From the NCBI GenBank assembly GCA_001780775.1, contig MFIO01000001.1:1-62849 (forward strand): a stretch of 62,849 nt of DNA. Direction: 5' to 3'. The stretch is from Candidatus Giovannonibacteria bacterium RIFCSPLOWO2_12_FULL_43_11c. Lineage in GTDB: Bacteria; Patescibacteriota; Minisyncoccia; JACPKW01; UBA11713. The notes under the pieces were generated by a model that was not told the origin of the DNA, ran no database searches, and worked only from the letters and a program-made list of their open reading frames with translations. The first letter of the stretch is position 1. Each line of letters begins with the position of its first letter. Position numbers and translations under genes: made by a program. Of this stretch, positions 1-7,556 are shown piece after piece.

Positions 1-1012
1 GATAGCGGATTAATTTCGATACTTTCTCAATAAACTCTTTTGGGAAGCGCAGGCGCGAGAGAATCTGATCCGACATTTTCGCCCCAACGACATCATGTCC
101 GTAGAAAGTTGAGAATTTTCCTTCTCCGCGCTTCGTGCGCGGTTTGCCGACGTCGTGAAGCAAAGCCGCCATCCGCACATCAAGCGGCCAATTTTCTTTG
201 ACCGCGTGCTCCAAGGATTTCAAATTATGCTCCCAGACAGTATATATGTGGTGCAGATTCTGCCCGACGCCCCACCCTTCAAGTAATTCAGGCATAAATT
301 CCTTCAAAAGCCCAGATTCGCGCAAAATTTCAATTCCACCGGAAGCCCCGTCTGCCATGATCAATTTCTGAAATTCGTCCCTTATTCTTTCTTTGGATAT
401 AAATTTCAAAAGGCCCGCGTTTTTATGGAGCGCATCTTTGGTCCTCTCTTCGATTGTAAAGCCGAGTTCAGCCGAAAAACGGACGGCGCGCATCAAGCGA
501 AGCGCGTCTTCTTTGAACCTTTCATCTGGATCGCCAACGGCCCTTATAGCCTTATTTTTAAGGTCCTCTTCGCCGTTAACTAAGTCTATGACTTCGGGAT
601 CCGACCCCTGGATTCTATCGGGGTCGGACCCCGATATATCCATAGCCAAAGCGTTTATGGTAAAGTCGCGGCGGCCCAGATCCTCCTGCAAATCCTTGGC
701 AAATTCGATTTTATCCGGGTGGCGCTTATCGGAATATTTGGCTTCGATTCGATACGGCGTGACCTCTATTACCGCTAGGGAAGCATCATCTGAAGAGGTT
801 TTTACACCGACCGTTCCATATTGGTTTTCGTAGAAATTATCGGGGAAAATTGCCTGAATCTCTTCCGGTTTGGCATTCGTCGTAACATCCCAATCTTTCG
901 GCTTTTTTCCACACACAAAATCCCTGACGCATCCGCCGACCAGATATGCTTCAAAATTATTCTCCCGAAGTTTTTTAACAACCTCGAGAACTTCATTGGG
1001 AATCTGCTTCAT
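1..1012 (-). CDS. cca: CCA-adding tRNA nucleotidyltransferase (N-terminal 337 codons; gene runs off the left edge)
   Basis: Manual minus-strand translation from the ATG at 1012 gives MKQIPNEVLEVVKKLRENNFEAYLVGGCVRD...GRRDFTINALAMD...RLMRAVRF...LLHDVGKP, i.e. a nucleotidyltransferase head plus HD domain. It is absent from the ORF track because no stop lies inside the window. The listed + ORF 393..833 is its antisense shadow. Confidence 0.85.
   Translation of the reverse strand, partial: MKQIPNEVLEVVKKLRENNFEAYLVGGCVRDFVCGKKPKDWDVTTNAKPEEIQAIFPDNFYENQYGTVGVKTSSDDASLAVIEVTPYRIEAKYSDKRHPDKIEFAKDLQEDLGRRDFTINALAMDISGSDPDRIQGSDPEVIDLVNGEEDLKNKAIRAVGDPDERFKEDALRLMRAVRFSAELGFTIEERTKDALHKNAGLLKFISKERIRDEFQKLIMADGASGGIEILRESGLLKEFMPELLEGWGVGQNLHHIYTVWEHNLKSLEHAVKENWPLDVRMAALLHDVGKPRTKRGEGKFSTFYGHDVVGAKMSDQILSRLRFPKEFIEKVSKLIRY
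596..632. repeat. Palindromic element, GGGGTCSGACCCC variant, in frame inside cca
   Basis: The sequence is GGGATCCGACCCC-tggattctatc-GGGGTCGGACCCC. It is translated on the minus strand as ...SGSDPDRIQGSDPE..., between the conserved RDFTINALAMD and IDLVNGEEDL blocks. Confidence 0.7.
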
Positions 1013-1067
1013 AAATCCTAATTTCTAATTAACTTAATTATTCTAATCAATGCGCAAACCAAAATGT

Positions 1068-1433
1068 CTAATTACTTTTTCCAACTTTTCGCGAAATTGC
1101 GTTAAAAATGAGGTTTAACTCCTTCGCTTCTTGCCATAGCTTCCTGACATCTACTTCTAGACCTGGGCTGGAAACAACAATCATCCGTAACCAATGCTTT
1201 GTCTCTCTCGCCTCCTTCTTACATATCCCGATTTTGTGCTTAAAATCCCTTCCGCTTTCAGCGTCATCTGCTTCGCAATAGTTCGCGCCAACGCTTGTCC
1301 CAGCCCTCACCAACTGGCTTATAAGCGGTAGGGTTACTGTGTCTTTCGGGATTTTCCTTGAAAATATAATTATCTCCTCTCCAAATTTAGCAGTTCTTTC
1401 CTCTAAATCGTACTTCTTTTGATTTCCATCCAT
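1068..1433 (-). CDS. Four-helix-bundle protein (23S rRNA intervening-sequence protein / Avd-like family)
   Basis: 121 aa. The motifs ...QLVRAGTSVGANYCEA...FKHKIGICKKEARETKHWL... match the characteristic signature of this family. Confidence 0.75.
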   Translation of the reverse strand: MDGNQKKYDLEERTAKFGEEIIIFSRKIPKDTVTLPLISQLVRAGTSVGANYCEADDAESGRDFKHKIGICKKEARETKHWLRMIVVSSPGLEVDVRKLWQEAKELNLIFNAISRKVGKSN

Positions 1434-1484
1434 TAGGATTTGATTAGGTCAATTAGACTAATTAGAATAATTGAAATTTGTGAG

Positions 1485-1556
1485 TGCCCCTGCTCCGATT
1501 CGAACGGAGAACGACTGCTTCGAAGGCAGTAATGATATCCATTTCACCACAGGGGC
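1485..1556 (-). tRNA. tRNA-Arg (anticodon TCG)
   Basis: Hand-folded cloverleaf: acceptor GCCCCTG/CAGGGGC, anticodon stem ACTGC/GCAGT, loop CTTCGAA, T arm CTCCG-TTCGAAT-CGGAG. It is 72 nt and has no encoded CCA. Confidence 0.9.
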
Positions 1557-1579
1557 CTATTTTTATTATACCCTGCGAG

Positions 1580-1945
1580 TTAAAGTTTAGTTGCGAAATC
1601 TTTAATAGCGAGCGAGATTGCAAAAGCACCAACGACAAGCAAGGCGCCGATGATAGTCCAGAAAAAAGTAGTCTTGGCTTTGGTCAATTGTTCCTCGTTC
1701 CCCCGCGCGGATACGAAAAGGAATCCCGAATATATCATAAACACCGCGACTAACGGCAATCCTATCTTCGCCGCCGCATCCGCAATCTTCGCCATCAGAT
1801 CCGCGAAAGTGTTTGATTGAATGGGATTGCAGACAGACACTTGCGGGTCGCAACCGGTATTTACTGCTTGCGCATTAATTGTTAGTGGAATTATCAAGAA
1901 AGAAACTGAAGCCAGGATAATAGTATGTGATAAAAATCTCTTCAT
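1580..1945 (-). CDS. TrbC/VirB2-like 'T4SS pilin' family small membrane protein (paralogue 1)
   Basis: 121 aa with a signal peptide and a Cys pair (CDPQVSVC). Two hydrophobic helices are separated by the loop ARGNEEQLTKAK. It has the same architecture as 16381..16827 and 27913..28491. Confidence 0.6.
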   Translation of the reverse strand: MKRFLSHTIILASVSFLIIPLTINAQAVNTGCDPQVSVCNPIQSNTFADLMAKIADAAAKIGLPLVAVFMIYSGFLFVSARGNEEQLTKAKTTFFWTIIGALLVVGAFAISLAIKDFATKL

Positions 1946-1971
1946 TTCTATTTTTATAATAACATAAAAAT

Positions 1972-2013
1972 GAAATAAAAAAGGGCGTCGAAGCTGGAAT
2001 GCTCGCCGCCCTT
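1972..2013 (-). terminator. Rho-independent terminator of the 4614->2036 operon
   Basis: On the minus strand, stem AAGGGCG...CGCCCTT (1981-1987 / 2007-2013) is followed by TTTTTATTT. Confidence 0.6.
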
Positions 2014-2035
2014 GTTGAAAACGATAATAAGGAAC

Positions 2036-2953
2036 TTAATCTAACAGTCTGGCTTCAAGTGTCACTGCGGTTTCTGGAATGAAACGCAATGCGCACTTGT
2101 CAGAACACGTGATCCACGGGGGACTCTGCCTTGTCATCTCGTCGACGTCTATTATAGTGGACGTCGTTTTATGGCCTGTGGCCATATCAACAAGGGTTGG
2201 GGCATCCGACGCGGATATGATTCTGACGCGGGCTCCTTTTCCAAGAAACCGCACACCTGACTTCTGAAAGGAAAACATCTTCTCTTCGCCAGGGGAAAGA
2301 TGAATTCTCTCGCCGGGGACCACTGTGCCATCGGGAAGCAACCGGGGACCGGTAACCGTCTTGGGAGAGCCACCGGTTTTGTCTTTTTCTCCCAGTAAAT
2401 CCTCTTTCAACTCCTTCCCGGCCGCCTTCATTTCCTTGACGAACTTACGTTCACCATAGGATTCGGCGAGCCAGTTGCTGTCAGCCAAAAACCTCCCGAT
2501 CGCTTTTTGCGTGGATGGAAATATGGCGCTAAACAAAGCATAGATGAGCGTCAAAACAAAAAGTCTTCTCACCCATACCTTGCCAGACTCGCCTTTCGTC
2601 CAACCCGCCTGCCACATCGCGAAAATGCCAAGAAGCGCCACGTAAAGCAGGGTCGTTAGTTTATCTTCCCCGGTTCCGCCGATCGCCAACCCGGTCAAAT
2701 TCTGGATGAATCCGACCAGTATAATGGCGACGAGGACCGACATCAGGAAAACTTTGCCCGCTTTGTACACTTTCCCAGTTGCCCCGCTCGCAGCACTAAT
2801 TAGACTGTTAACGTGAGCGCTGTGAAGAATATACAAGCTCCCGAAGAAAAACAGAAACATCCACACGAAGATCTCTCCGCCAACAAAAAACTTCGCGAAG
2901 AAAACTAACACAATGGACGCTCCGAAAATTCCGAACAATTGTCCTATCGTCAT
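2036..2953 (-). CDS. Hypothetical polytopic membrane protein with a soluble C-terminal domain
   Basis: 305 aa. The N-terminal part carries several TM helices and the C-terminal ~110 aa are hydrophilic. A GGAGG Shine-Dalgarno lies upstream (ccagaaGGAGGcaatcATG). GC-rich; no family recognised. Confidence 0.7.
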   Translation of the reverse strand: MTIGQLFGIFGASIVLVFFAKFFVGGEIFVWMFLFFFGSLYILHSAHVNSLISAASGATGKVYKAGKVFLMSVLVAIILVGFIQNLTGLAIGGTGEDKLTTLLYVALLGIFAMWQAGWTKGESGKVWVRRLFVLTLIYALFSAIFPSTQKAIGRFLADSNWLAESYGERKFVKEMKAAGKELKEDLLGEKDKTGGSPKTVTGPRLLPDGTVVPGERIHLSPGEEKMFSFQKSGVRFLGKGARVRIISASDAPTLVDMATGHKTTSTIIDVDEMTRQSPPWITCSDKCALRFIPETAVTLEARLLD

Positions 2954-2970
2954 GATTGCCTCCTTCTGGA

Positions 2971-3750
2971 TTAAACCCTAAACCATCTTGCCGATATTAA
3001 GTTCCCGACTACTTCCGCTACGGCATCAATTATGCCTTCCATTGCTAACCACCAGCTCGGCCTATGAGGGATGTCGCCCGCCGCCGTCCCCGGTTCGCTT
3101 GCTGCGTGCCCAGCTCTTGGACGATCGCGTTCTGCTCGCGCCTGCCGCCTTCTCTCTACCCAAGCAGACACCTCTTCTCTTCTCGCAGCTATGCCGTAGA
3201 GAACCAGCGTCGGGAGATAGAGAAAGACAAAAACAAACCAATGCGACCAAGATGCAAGACCATAGAACGGTCTTGCTTGCGACCCAACTTGTGTCGCAGA
3301 TTTACTTGCCGCCAGTTCAATGCCGAGGTTTTTCTCAAGCCTTTCGAGCTTGAAATAATTCCAGAGTTTTTTGCCAGCCGCAGTTGAAATCTCTTTCCCT
3401 TTGGCAACGGCGCTCGAAGGTTCGGCTTGGTTAAATCTTTCAACCAAACCTTCTTCGATGCCTTGCAACATCGGCTGTCCCCATCCTGTAATACTGCACC
3501 AAACTAAGAAGACTGCCGTGAGAACTGCAAGCGTGACCCACCGTCGTTCGTTTGTCCGAAAGATGCGATAGGAATCGTATCTGGCCACCCTGGAGGACGA
3601 GAGAAAAACAATTGTAAGCCAGGCCAGGAAGAAGTAGATCTCAATGATCGCGATTCCTGCTTCTCTCGAAACTTGATTCCACAATAAGATCACATTAAGT
3701 AGCAAGCCAACGCCAGCTACAATAGCCGGTATCAACATCATTTGAATCAT
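2971..3750 (-). CDS. Hypothetical membrane protein
   Basis: 259 aa with TM helices at both ends of a hydrophilic central part and an Arg-rich tail (RRRQARAERDRPRAG). AAGGAG Shine-Dalgarno upstream. GC-rich. Confidence 0.65.
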   Translation of the reverse strand: MIQMMLIPAIVAGVGLLLNVILLWNQVSREAGIAIIEIYFFLAWLTIVFLSSSRVARYDSYRIFRTNERRWVTLAVLTAVFLVWCSITGWGQPMLQGIEEGLVERFNQAEPSSAVAKGKEISTAAGKKLWNYFKLERLEKNLGIELAASKSATQVGSQARPFYGLASWSHWFVFVFLYLPTLVLYGIAARREEVSAWVERRRQARAERDRPRAGHAASEPGTAAGDIPHRPSWWLAMEGIIDAVAEVVGNLISARWFRV

Positions 3751-3768
3751 CTTCTTTCTCCTTTCGAG

Positions 3769-4614
3769 TTATGGAGCCATCGTTGATAGCCAGAATCCTA
3801 TAAGGATTGCGGTAACGAACAAGCTCAAGCCAATTCCGAGCCCCCAACGTTGGCTAACAGTAAGTGGCGGGGGAGGCAATACTTCGAGATAATCAAACCT
3901 TTCAGTTTTGCCCCTCACGCGCACGATAACAACGGTTCCCTCCACCTCTATAAGAAATGGTTCGTTGACCCTTCCGTGAGCATCCGTAGTAAACTCCCTC
4001 GGATATTCGTATTCAGTCGGAATAGAAACCGTCACGCTTACAGGCACTCCGGCTACAGGCTGTCCGTCGTCGTTTTGAACGAAAACATTTAACCTGTAAT
4101 TCCCGCGTGTGCCGGGAAACGAAATCGCCGGCTCGCCGAGTTTTTGAGGCGTCGGCAAGCCTTTCTGACGAGATTCCCGAATCTCCGCAAGAAGTTTTTC
4201 CTCATCGTGCAAGACCTGAACCACCCCTGGCTTCTTTCTTGCCTCACGGATTTTTTTCAGTGATTCCGCGCTTTCAGCCCGCGCCTTATCATCCTCGGCT
4301 TTTTTCTTGGCCTTGGAAGCCGATATTGGTTTTTCCGGAACCACAACCTCAACCTCGTCGTGAACATCCGGATCACTTTCCAGCGAAGCAGTCGTTGTAA
4401 AAACGCCCTGCCTATCAGTCGAAAGTCTTAAGAAAGCCATGCCTTTATTGTCAACTTGTTTCCGATGCCCTCCTGGGTCAAAGGTGATAAACTCTCCCTC
4501 TGGGAAGACGACGCTCTTCCTACGAGTAACTATTCGAGCCGTAAGCTCGTAATAAGCTTTGTCTCCAACCCAAGTTGCCTTGGTCGCTGTTACCTGAATT
4601 CTGTAGTCCGTCAT
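3769..4614 (-). CDS. Hypothetical C-terminally anchored protein with two beta-sandwich-like modules
   Basis: 281 aa. Beta-rich modules (e.g. NVFVQNDDGQPVAGVPVSVTV, reminiscent of CarboxypepD_reg/Ig folds) flank a Lys/Glu/Ala-rich helix. There is a single C-terminal TM (WGLGIGLSLFVTAILIGFWL) and no N-terminal signal peptide. Confidence 0.65.
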   Translation of the reverse strand: MTDYRIQVTATKATWVGDKAYYELTARIVTRRKSVVFPEGEFITFDPGGHRKQVDNKGMAFLRLSTDRQGVFTTTASLESDPDVHDEVEVVVPEKPISASKAKKKAEDDKARAESAESLKKIREARKKPGVVQVLHDEEKLLAEIRESRQKGLPTPQKLGEPAISFPGTRGNYRLNVFVQNDDGQPVAGVPVSVTVSIPTEYEYPREFTTDAHGRVNEPFLIEVEGTVVIVRVRGKTERFDYLEVLPPPPLTVSQRWGLGIGLSLFVTAILIGFWLSTMAP

Positions 4615-4690
4615 TTTACCCTTTTTCCTTTCTTTATTTCAAAGAATCGCTAAATCCGGCATAAAAAATTTACCGAATCATTTGTTCACT

Positions 4691-4719
4691 ATTATACGGC
4701 AAAATTAAACTTTAGTCAA
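4691..4719 (-). promoter_or_regulatory. Canonical sigma70-type promoter for the 4614->2036 operon
   Basis: The minus strand reads TTGACT (4719-4714), a 17-nt spacer, then TATAAT (4696-4691), about 75 nt upstream of the ATG at 4614. Confidence 0.6.
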
Positions 4720-4756
4720 GTTTTAGAAATAGCCCTTAAAGCGTTGAAAAATAAGC

Positions 4757-5692
4757 CTATTTTCGCCTTTTGCCGTGGAATGCCTTATGAATTTCGCGCA
4801 GTGATTTATCTGTGACGTGCGTGTAGACTTGGGTCGTTGAGATGTTGGAATGGCCCAAAAGCGCCTGAACTGATCGCAAATCTGCGCCATTTATAAGCAA
4901 ATCTGTCGCGAACATGTGTCGCAAAACGTGCGGAGTCACTTTTTTCGAAATTCCAGCTTTAATCGCGTAGTATTTCAAAATTCTTTCGATTGAGCGGGAG
5001 GTTAATCTGGAGGTTTCTTTAGAATTTATCCCATAGCTGACAAACATCGCCTCAGCCATATCCCGTCTTTTATCTAAATATTCCTTGATTGCTTTTTTCG
5101 CGGAAGGGGAGAGAAAAACAACCCGGACTTTCTCTCCTTTCCCGCGGACTGAAAATTCATCCTTAGACAAATCAACCGAATCGCGGTCGAGTGAAGTCAA
5201 TTCCGAGACGCGAAGGCCGGTTGAGAATAGAAGTTCCAAAATCGCGCGGTCGCGGAGAACCCTTAAGTTTCCGAAGTTCGACTTCGGAGAGCCTTGAAGT
5301 CGAACTTCTTGGGGCGCCCTTAAAAGCCGCTCCAGCTCTTCTATAGTAATTAAATCCAAATCGCGCTCGGGAGCTTTCGCGAGCAAAATTCTTTCAGGCG
5401 AGAGCGACTCAATGCCGCGCCAAGCGAGATACTTTAAGAAATTCCTAAGCGCGATCAAGTGATAATTCTGGGTGCGCTTTTTTAGGCCTTTGCGATTCAA
5501 ATATAGGCGGTATTTCCGGACGAGTTCGTCATCTATTCCGGAAATCGAAGAAATCTTCGCAAAATCAAAAAATCTCTTAAGATAGCAGTCGTAATTCTCG
5601 ACTGTCTTAAGAGAGCGCCCGCGCTCGATCTCGAGATATTCCAAATATTGCCGATGAAATTCTTTTAAGCTCATATAAGTATTGTGCGACAT
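4757..5692 (-). CDS. XerC/XerD-family tyrosine recombinase
   Basis: 311 aa with an N-terminal core-binding domain. The catalytic blocks are ELLFSTGLRVSEL, HVLRHMFATDLL and LLGHSNISTTQVYTHV. It carries one palindromic element in frame. Confidence 0.85.
   Translation of the reverse strand: MSHNTYMSLKEFHRQYLEYLEIERGRSLKTVENYDCYLKRFFDFAKISSISGIDDELVRKYRLYLNRKGLKKRTQNYHLIALRNFLKYLAWRGIESLSPERILLAKAPERDLDLITIEELERLLRAPQEVRLQGSPKSNFGNLRVLRDRAILELLFSTGLRVSELTSLDRDSVDLSKDEFSVRGKGEKVRVVFLSPSAKKAIKEYLDKRRDMAEAMFVSYGINSKETSRLTSRSIERILKYYAIKAGISKKVTPHVLRHMFATDLLINGADLRSVQALLGHSNISTTQVYTHVTDKSLREIHKAFHGKRRK
5273..5308. repeat. GAAGTYCGACTTC palindromic element copy (in the xer gene)
   Basis: GAAGTTCGACTTC-ggagagcctt-GAAGTCGAACTTC, read on the minus strand as EVRLQGSPKSNFG, just upstream of the conserved RDRAILELLFSTGLRVSEL. 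Confidence 0.9.
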
Positions 5693-5736
5693 GAATCCGT
5701 ATTGTCAAAAAATGAAAATCATGCTAAGCTTCAAAA

Positions 5737-6009
5737 ATGCTGAAAAGCAAGGAAAAGGAGAAAATAATAGAGAAATTTAAGACGAGTGAAAAAGACACCG
5801 GCTCGGCTGCGGTTCAGGCAGCGATTTTGACGGAGGAAATTAAGCGCTTAACGGAGCACTTGAAAACGCACCGCAAAGACAAACATTCGAGGCGCGGCCT
5901 TTTGCAGATGGTTTCTAAAAGAAAAAAGCTTTTGGACTATATTTCGAAGAACAACCAAGCGGCATACATAGATGTAACCAAAAAACTCGGATTAAAATCT
6001 AAAATTTAA
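5737..6009 (+). CDS. rpsO: 30S ribosomal protein S15
   Basis: 90 aa with ...[32 protein letters not shown]... Confidence 0.95.
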   Translation: MLKSKEKEKIIEKFKTSEKDTGSAAVQAAILTEEIKRLTEHLKTHRKDKHSRRGLLQMVSKRKKLLDYISKNNQAAYIDVTKKLGLKSKI

Positions 6010-6010
6010 A

Positions 6011-6520
6011 GTGACAAATATTATAAAACATAAAAACCAGCGCGTCGCTGTTTTTATAGACGCGCAAAACATGTATCATTCCGCGAAAAGTCTTTTCGGC
6101 GGAAGAGTCAATTTTAAGGAGCTTTTGAAAACGGCAGTCGCAGGGAGACAACTGATCCGCGCTTTTGGATATGTAATCAGGACGAAAACTGGAGAAGAAA
6201 AGCCGTTTATCGACGCGCTTTTGAGTTTGGGAATCGAGTCCAGGGAAAAAGATCTGCAAGAATTTTTTGGAGGAGCGAAAAAGGCGGATTGGGACGTCGG
6301 CATCGCGGTTGACGCGATTCGAACAATGGAGATCGTCGACGCGATTGTTATTGCGTCTGGGGACGGGGATTTTATTCCTCTTGTTCAATATTTGCAAAAT
6401 CAGGGAAGGAGAGTTGAGGTGATGGCATTCGGGCCTTCCGCTTCCGGAAAACTCCGAGAAGTCGCCGACGAGTTCATCGATCTCGCGGAAGATCCGGGAA
6501 AATATATATTGAAAAGATAG
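6011..6520 (+). CDS. NYN-domain (LabA/DUF88-like, PIN-like) putative ribonuclease
   Basis: 169 aa with a GTG start. Motifs VAVFIDAQNMYH and IASGDGDFIPLV. Confidence 0.75.
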   Translation: MTNIIKHKNQRVAVFIDAQNMYHSAKSLFGGRVNFKELLKTAVAGRQLIRAFGYVIRTKTGEEKPFIDALLSLGIESREKDLQEFFGGAKKADWDVGIAVDAIRTMEIVDAIVIASGDGDFIPLVQYLQNQGRRVEVMAFGPSASGKLREVADEFIDLAEDPGKYILKR

Positions 6521-6535
6521 TTTTCTAAATTCGAG

Positions 6536-6787
6536 ATGATTTACCGAATTCGCCCTCATGCGGAAAAAAGGATGAAAGAACGAACTATCTCGAAAATTCT
6601 TCTTGAAGAAGCACTACGCAAACCAACAAAAATCATGTATGATACGGGCAGAAATAGGACATTGATTAAGAAACTATATTACAAAGATTCAAAAGAAAGA
6701 TTGTTGCTTATTGCCTGCGAACAAACCGGCAATGTTCTCTATATAATTACGGTTATTGATACATCTAAGATTAAGAAGTATTTGTAA
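6536..6787 (+). CDS. DUF4258-like small protein (putative toxin of a two-gene module)
   Basis: 83 aa. It starts IRPHAEKRMKERTIS and has a ...LYIITVI... core, and is followed after 3 nt by a DUF2283-like ORF. Confidence 0.6.
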   Translation: MIYRIRPHAEKRMKERTISKILLEEALRKPTKIMYDTGRNRTLIKKLYYKDSKERLLLIACEQTGNVLYIITVIDTSKIKKYL

Positions 6788-6790
6788 AAT

Positions 6791-7030
6791 ATGAATAAGA
6801 AAAAAATAAAAATTGAATACGACAAGGGAAGTAGGGTGCTTTCCGTCGAAATGGGCAAGGTTAAAAGCGTTGATTCCGATATTCAGGGAAACGTAGTGAT
6901 TGATTATGATAAAAACGGCGACGTCGCGCGGATAAATCTCTATGATTTCAGCTTCGCCGATTTCCGCGACAATCAAAAAGCACTTAAGAGTTTTTCTAAA
7001 AATTCCGAAGTTCAGTTGGTGGCTAAGTAA
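6791..7030 (+). CDS. DUF2283-like small protein (putative antitoxin partner)
   Basis: 79 aa with the pattern YDKGSRVLSVEM...VIDYDKNGDVARINLYD. Confidence 0.6.
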   Translation: MNKKKIKIEYDKGSRVLSVEMGKVKSVDSDIQGNVVIDYDKNGDVARINLYDFSFADFRDNQKALKSFSKNSEVQLVAK

Positions 7031-7040
7031 GGTTATCATC

Positions 7041-7076
7041 AAATAAAAAAGCCCGGAAGGTGTGAAGTTCCTTCCG
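7041..7076 (-). terminator. Rho-independent terminator after the SemiSWEET-like gene
   Basis: Stem CGGAAGG/CCTTCCG (7054-7060 / 7070-7076). On the minus strand it is followed by GGCTTTTTTATTT. Confidence 0.6.
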
Positions 7077-7096
7077 AGCTCATTCGGTGGAATAGG

Positions 7097-7384
7097 TCAT
7101 GCCAGCTGGCGAAAATAAAGTACGGAAAGCATGGTGATTAGCGTGACCATTGCCGCTGCACCATTGCTCCACAAAAGCGGACAATCGCGCAAGAAGAAGC
7201 CATGCAGAGCGAACCCGGTCTGAATTGCTGTGAGCAAGGAGAGCGTCAGCACCGATATGCCCTCGGTGAGGCCACTTGTCCAAACGCTTGTAAGCTGCGG
7301 GAGCATGAAACACGGATTTACGATGCCCACGAGCCAGATAATCCTCGGCCAGCGGATGATTTCTGCCAGTTTTTCTCTAGCCAT
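7097..7384 (-). CDS. SemiSWEET / PQ-loop family small transporter
   Basis: 95 aa with three predicted TM helices and a PQ motif (FMLPQLTSVW). Confidence 0.6.
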   Translation of the reverse strand: MAREKLAEIIRWPRIIWLVGIVNPCFMLPQLTSVWTSGLTEGISVLTLSLLTAIQTGFALHGFFLRDCPLLWSNGAAAMVTLITMLSVLYFRQLA

Positions 7385-7556
7385 GAAAGACCTCCTTTTT
7401 CATTGAAAATACTACAATAAATTTTCGAAAATATCAAGGGTCTTTACTTAAAACCTAAAAAAGCTTACTATAGAAGATTATTAGTAACAAGGTGGTCTTT
7501 GGATAAATAGTCCGTTCTAAAAAGCGGCCTAAAATCTGAAGGTCATACACAAATAG

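Noticed and set aside
393-833. 146-aa + strand ORF from the track
   Set aside because: It lies entirely antisense to the well-supported cca reading frame, and its product is low-complexity and Ser/Arg-rich. It is a shadow ORF.
1068-1433. Four-helix-bundle gene as the Avd component of a diversity-generating retroelement
   Set aside because: No reverse transcriptase ORF, template/variable repeat pair or target gene is visible anywhere in the window.
1485-5692. tRNA-Arg plus tyrosine recombinase as borders of an integrated genomic island
   Set aside because: The recombinase looks like a housekeeping XerC/D from its domain layout and motifs. The island would abut the 5' end of the tRNA and not its 3' end. 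I found no direct repeat of the tRNA end. Only the compositional signal is kept, as a separate finding.
5999-6559. 186-aa minus-strand ORF
   Set aside because: It is antisense to the NYN-domain gene, which has clear family motifs. It has no Shine-Dalgarno and no recognisable motif.
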